Assembly: GCA_964387845.1 (NCBI GenBank)
Contig: CAYLXA010000013.1
Span: 1 to 64,000, forward strand
Direction: 5' to 3'
Length of the DNA stretch: 64,000 bases
From: an uncultured bacterium
GTDB lineage: Bacteria > Omnitrophota > Omnitrophia > Omnitrophales > Abzuiibacteriaceae
Below are positions 60,776 to 64,000 of this stretch, piece by piece. Under the pieces are notes generated by a model. That model worked only from the letters and a program-made list of their open reading frames with translations. It was not told the origin of the DNA and made no database searches. Position numbers and translations under genes: made by a program. Numbering within the stretch: position 1 is the first letter of the stretch; each line of letters starts with the position of its first letter.

Positions 60776-62503
60776 ATGCTCGATAAATTGGTATTGCCTT
60801 CAGAAATTAAGAAGTTTGAGGAGATGGTGATTAAGCTCGAAAAGGGCGAAATCTCATCCGATGAATTCAAAAAATTCCGCCTCAATAATGGTGTCTACGG
60901 AATCCGCAATTCTGACGACACCCACATGATCCGCATTAAAATCCCGTTCGGCGCTTTGAGTTCCGAACAGCTGGAAGCCATTGCAGATGCGACCGAGAAA
61001 TACGCGCCGCTGAAGATGGGGCACGTCACGACCCGTCAATGTATTCAGGTTCACAAGATCAAGCGCGAAGATGTTGCTAAATATTTGGATATCATCGGAA
61101 AAGCCGGTGTCACGAGCCGTGAAGCGTGCGGCAACACAGTTCGAAATGTGACCGCATGTCCCTACGCAGGTGTTTCAAAATCCGAAGCTTTTGACGTGAG
61201 GCCCTACGCTGAAGTCATAGTCGAATATTTTCTGCGCAATCCGCTCAATCAAAATTTACCGCGGAAATTCAAAATCGCACTCGAAGGATGCCCGGAAGAT
61301 CACGCACGCACGCCGATTCATGATTTGGGGCTTGTGGCTGCGATTCGCAAGGTGAACGGAAAAGAAGAGCGCGGCTTTAAAATTTATGCGGGCGGCGGCT
61401 TGGGAAGCCACCCGGTCAGCGCCGTGCTGCTCGAACCTTTCACGCCGATGGAACTCGTTTTGCCGACGTGCGATGCGACGGTCCGCATTTTTGAGCGCCA
61501 CGGAGACCGCAAGAACCGTTCACGTGCTCGGATTAAGTTTTTGCTTGAAGATTGGGGCGAAGAAAAATTCCGCAAAGCGATTTTAGATGAGCGGGCTGCT
61601 GTTCTTTTCACACGATCGGGCCTAGCGTATCCTAAATTTGATATTCAGGACGAAAAACCGCCGGTTGTAAAAGAAAAGGCTGAAAAAGTGACATCGCCTG
61701 CGTTCGAAAAGTGGCGAAAGACCAACGCGGTTGAACAAAAACAAAAAGGTTTTTACTCGGTCGCAATCCGCTGCCCGCTGGGTGATGTGACGGTTTCCCA
61801 GATGCGCGATATCGCAAAAATCGCGCGCAAATTCTGCGGAGGCAGAATTGTAACTACTATCACACAAAATTTCATATTCGCGTGGGTGCACGAAAATTAT
61901 CTGGGGTCTGTTTATAAAGAGCTCGAAAAAATTAATCTCGCATTTGATGGCGCCGAGCGCTTCATTGATGTGACGCGCTGCCCGGGAGCTGACACTTGTA
62001 ATCTCGCGATTACAAAATCGCGCGGGCTTGCGCAGGCAGTCGATCAGCTTTTCAATAACGGATTGAGCCCGCTTTCAGATCTCGAGGGAATCGACATTAA
62101 AATTTCAGGCTGCCCGAATTCTTGCGGCCAGCACCATATTGCTTCGATGGGTTTTTACGGAACTGCCCGGAATGTAAACGGAAAACTCGTGCCGCACTAT
62201 GAATTAATGATCGGCGGCGGAACGGTAGAGGGAAAAGCCACGTTTGGCGTTGCCACGATCCGGATCCCTGCGCGCAAGACGCCGGATGCCGTCAAACACT
62301 TGGCCGGCATTTATCAAAAGGAAAAAAAGTCGGACGAGACATTTAATCAATTCGCTGCCCGCATCGGAAACGAGCGGATCAAGAAAGAGCTCGAACCGTT
62401 TACGCATTTGGAAGCGTATGATACCGATCCCGAAAACTATCAGGATTGGACCGACGAAGCACCGTTTAAACTTCAGGTCGGCAAGGGCGAATGTGCAGCT
62501 TAA
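60776..62503 (+). CDS. ferredoxin-dependent sulfite/nitrite reductase hemoprotein (siroheme-[4Fe-4S])
   Basis: Two NIR/SIR repeats and cluster-binding Cys motifs C-x5-C (CPGADTC) and C-x3-C (CPNSC). Confidence 0.85.
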   Translation: MLDKLVLPSEIKKFEEMVIKLEKGEISSDEFKKFRLNNGVYGIRNSDDTHMIRIKIPFGALSSEQLEAIADATEKYAPLKMGHVTTRQCIQVHKIKREDVAKYLDIIGKAGVTSREACGNTVRNVTACPYAGVSKSEAFDVRPYAEVIVEYFLRNPLNQNLPRKFKIALEGCPEDHARTPIHDLGLVAAIRKVNGKEERGFKIYAGGGLGSHPVSAVLLEPFTPMELVLPTCDATVRIFERHGDRKNRSRARIKFLLEDWGEEKFRKAILDERAAVLFTRSGLAYPKFDIQDEKPPVVKEKAEKVTSPAFEKWRKTNAVEQKQKGFYSVAIRCPLGDVTVSQMRDIAKIARKFCGGRIVTTITQNFIFAWVHENYLGSVYKELEKINLAFDGAERFIDVTRCPGADTCNLAITKSRGLAQAVDQLFNNGLSPLSDLEGIDIKISGCPNSCGQHHIASMGFYGTARNVNGKLVPHYELMIGGGTVEGKATFGVATIRIPARKTPDAVKHLAGIYQKEKKSDETFNQFAARIGNERIKKELEPFTHLEAYDTDPENYQDWTDEAPFKLQVGKGECAA

Positions 62504-62505
62504 TT

Positions 62506-62539
62506 TAGTGATAAGTTGTAAGTGGTAAGTGCTAAGTTA
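62506..62539. repeat. GTAAGT-heptad repeat arm R4
   Basis: tagtgataagttgtaagtggtaagtgctaagtta. A single arm between convergent gene ends. Confidence 0.6.
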
Positions 62540-63068
62540 ACTGCCAAGCAAGTTCCAAAAAATCTTTCTTCGTAGAATCCCAGCCGAATAATTTCGCACC
62601 GCGGGCTTTACCCCTGACTCGAACGGAGTCAGGGACTGCGTCGGCCGCGAAGCGATCGGCTTCGCTGTCCGCGCTGTCTTTTGTAACGTCGACTACTAAA
62701 TAATTCACATCAGGCATCAGAGGGCTGCCATCAAACGTCGCTTGTTTTTTATCTTCGTCCGAAAAATAAGAACCGACATCAACGTGAGAATGATAAATAA
62801 TCCGGATGACCTCGTCTTTTGTACGGGCGACTTTTTCGATATTCAAAAGGTCTTTGGGATCTAAAAAGTAGGCAGTTTTGCTTGTTCGCGGAAACTTTTG
62901 AGGGTCGCTTGCGTGCATTTCATCCTGCAAATTCCGGCAGGGAAACGAGTTTTCAAGACTTGCGGGAATCCCTTTTTTGCCGGTAATGATACCGCAACAT
63001 TCGGAAGGATAGGCTGAAATAGCATGGCGATAAACCGCGTCTATGATTCGTTTTTTGATTGTAACCAT
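62532..63068 (-). CDS. JAB/MPN (JAMM) metalloprotease, Mec+-like
   Basis: JAMM motif E...HSHVDVGSYFSDED (H-S-H-x7-S-x2-D). Confidence 0.75.
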   Translation of the reverse strand: MVTIKKRIIDAVYRHAISAYPSECCGIITGKKGIPASLENSFPCRNLQDEMHASDPQKFPRTSKTAYFLDPKDLLNIEKVARTKDEVIRIIYHSHVDVGSYFSDEDKKQATFDGSPLMPDVNYLVVDVTKDSADSEADRFAADAVPDSVRVRGKARGAKLFGWDSTKKDFLELAWQLT

Positions 63069-63100
63069 AGTTGTAAGTGGTAAGCGCTAAGTGTTAAGTA
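63068..63100. repeat. GTAAGT-heptad repeat arm R5
   Basis: tagttgtaagtggtaagcgctaagtgttaagta. Contains the JAB start codon and the last 4 codons of the four-helix-bundle gene. Confidence 0.6.
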
Positions 63101-63455
63101 AAAGGGATTTTTGAAAACCGCAAAGCATTCTTCCGACCTCATCACAATTTTCTGAAATTAGTTCAAACTTTTCATGACTAATATAAGCCAAATCAAAGCC
63201 TAATAACAGATGATATTTAGTTTCTTCTAGAGAGCTATCAGCTAAGTTTAGAAAATGCAGAAATTCTTTCCTGCTTTTTCTCTTTTGTCCTTCTACGATG
63301 TTTGTAGAAATGGAAGCGGCAGCTCTGCGTAATTGACTAGATAATCCGAATTTTTCGTCTGACGGGAAGCTTTTAGTAATTTTATAAACTTCCAAAACCA
63401 ATCGATGAGCTTTTTGCCAGACTTTTAAATCACGAAATGTACTAATTTTATTCAT
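63087..63455 (-). CDS. four-helix-bundle protein of the 23S rRNA intervening-sequence protein / Avd-like family
   Basis: 122 aa with the family-typical DLKVWQKAH...EKFGL.SQLRRAA.SI..NI.EG pattern. Confidence 0.7.
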   Translation of the reverse strand: MNKISTFRDLKVWQKAHRLVLEVYKITKSFPSDEKFGLSSQLRRAAASISTNIVEGQKRKSRKEFLHFLNLADSSLEETKYHLLLGFDLAYISHEKFELISENCDEVGRMLCGFQKSLLLNT

Positions 63456-63500
63456 AAACCCTCCTTGAATTAATATGATTATTTAATTCGTGGAGGGAAA

Positions 63501-63537
63501 AACTTATCACTTACAACTTACCACTTAAAACTTAGTA
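63501..63537. repeat. GTAAGT-heptad repeat arm R6 (inverted relative to R5)
   Basis: aacttatcacttacaacttaccacttaaaacttagta is the reverse-complement type of R4/R5. Confidence 0.6.
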
Positions 63538-64000
63538 CCTTGCCATGCTCGGATCAACGCGCTCAGCCCACACATCGATTCCGCCGGTCAGGTTTTTCAA
63601 CTTCTTAAACCCGCGCGATTGAAGGATTTGCAGCGCTTTCATGCTGCGCCCTCCGTGATGGCATTGCAGCACAATCTCTTTTGAGGGATCAAGCTCTCCG
63701 GTTCGATTTTGAATTTCACCCAGCGGAATGAGTTTTGAACCTTCAATGTGGCAAATGTCGTATTCAAACGGCTCGCGAACATCAATCAAAACCACTTCTT
63801 TCCTGTCGAGTCTCTTTTTGAGTTCTTCAACCGTGATTTCAATCGAATCGCCTTTTCCTTTTGCTGCATCTTCACCGACAGATTCCTGGCCGATCCGCAG
63901 GCCGCAAAATTGTTCGTAATCGATTAATTTTTTAATCGTCGGATTTTTTCCGCAGATGGGGCACTCCGGATCTTTTCTTAGTTTCAATTCGTGAAAGCGC
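63532..64000 (-). CDS. MoeZ/MoeB-type E1-like adenylyltransferase fused to a rhodanese domain (C-terminal part; the gene runs off the window)
   Basis: CPICGK (C-terminal Zn CxxC of the ThiF/MoeB fold) followed by a rhodanese domain with active-site CHHGGR. The N-terminus lies beyond 64000. Confidence 0.75.
   Translation of the reverse strand, partial: RFHELKLRKDPECPICGKNPTIKKLIDYEQFCGLRIGQESVGEDAAKGKGDSIEITVEELKKRLDRKEVVLIDVREPFEYDICHIEGSKLIPLGEIQNRTGELDPSKEIVLQCHHGGRSMKALQILQSRGFKKLKNLTGGIDVWAERVDPSMARY

Overview
This 64 kb window is a bacterial chromosomal segment from an organism I cannot place. Housekeeping operons (plus strand, 1-15 kb) surround a block of energy-metabolism and accessory genes (minus strand, 15-57 kb) and a small sulfur-assimilation locus (57-64 kb). 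Shine-Dalgarno sites and sigma70-like promoters are in use; a Rho with an RD-rich N-terminal insertion, a truncated ATP-synthase epsilon subunit and an 11-subunit complex I lacking nuoEFG hint at an FCB-group-like lineage or candidate phylum. No tRNA, rRNA, CRISPR array, transposase or integrase gene was seen.

- **Core operons, 1-15 kb (+):**
  - polA-coaE and rho-rpmE-prfA-prmC-murA.
  - rpsP-trmD-rplS-rnhB-yraN, with no rimM.
  - A putative outer-membrane porin.
- **Energy block, 15-46 kb (-):**
  - An orphan nuoJKLMN cluster (15.4-20.9 kb) lies directly downstream of a complete F1Fo ATP-synthase operon (atpI-like/BEFHAGDC, 21.0-27.9 kb).
  - A roughly 7.5 kb transporter and trehalose-synthesis insert follows (27.8-35.3 kb).
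  - A full nuoABCDHIJKLMN operon with its own TTGACA/TATAAT promoter (35.5-45.8 kb) completes the block.
- **Giant gene, 45.9-56.8 kb (-):** a 3628-aa secreted or surface protein built of repeated modules.
- **Sulfur locus, 57-64 kb:** peroxiredoxin, a NUDIX hydrolase, a LacI regulator with two identical palindromic operators, and a sulfite/nitrite reductase next to a JAMM protease and a MoeZ-rhodanese gene.

Three families of small structured repeats punctuate the region:
- Hairpins built from GTAAGT-type heptad tandem repeats, at six sites.
- AT-rich palindromes with a CAAATATCAAA core, at two sites.
- 85-bp elements with ATTGCGAG terminal inverted repeats, flanking one membrane-protein gene.

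Coordinates of small repeats were counted by hand and may be off by a few bp.
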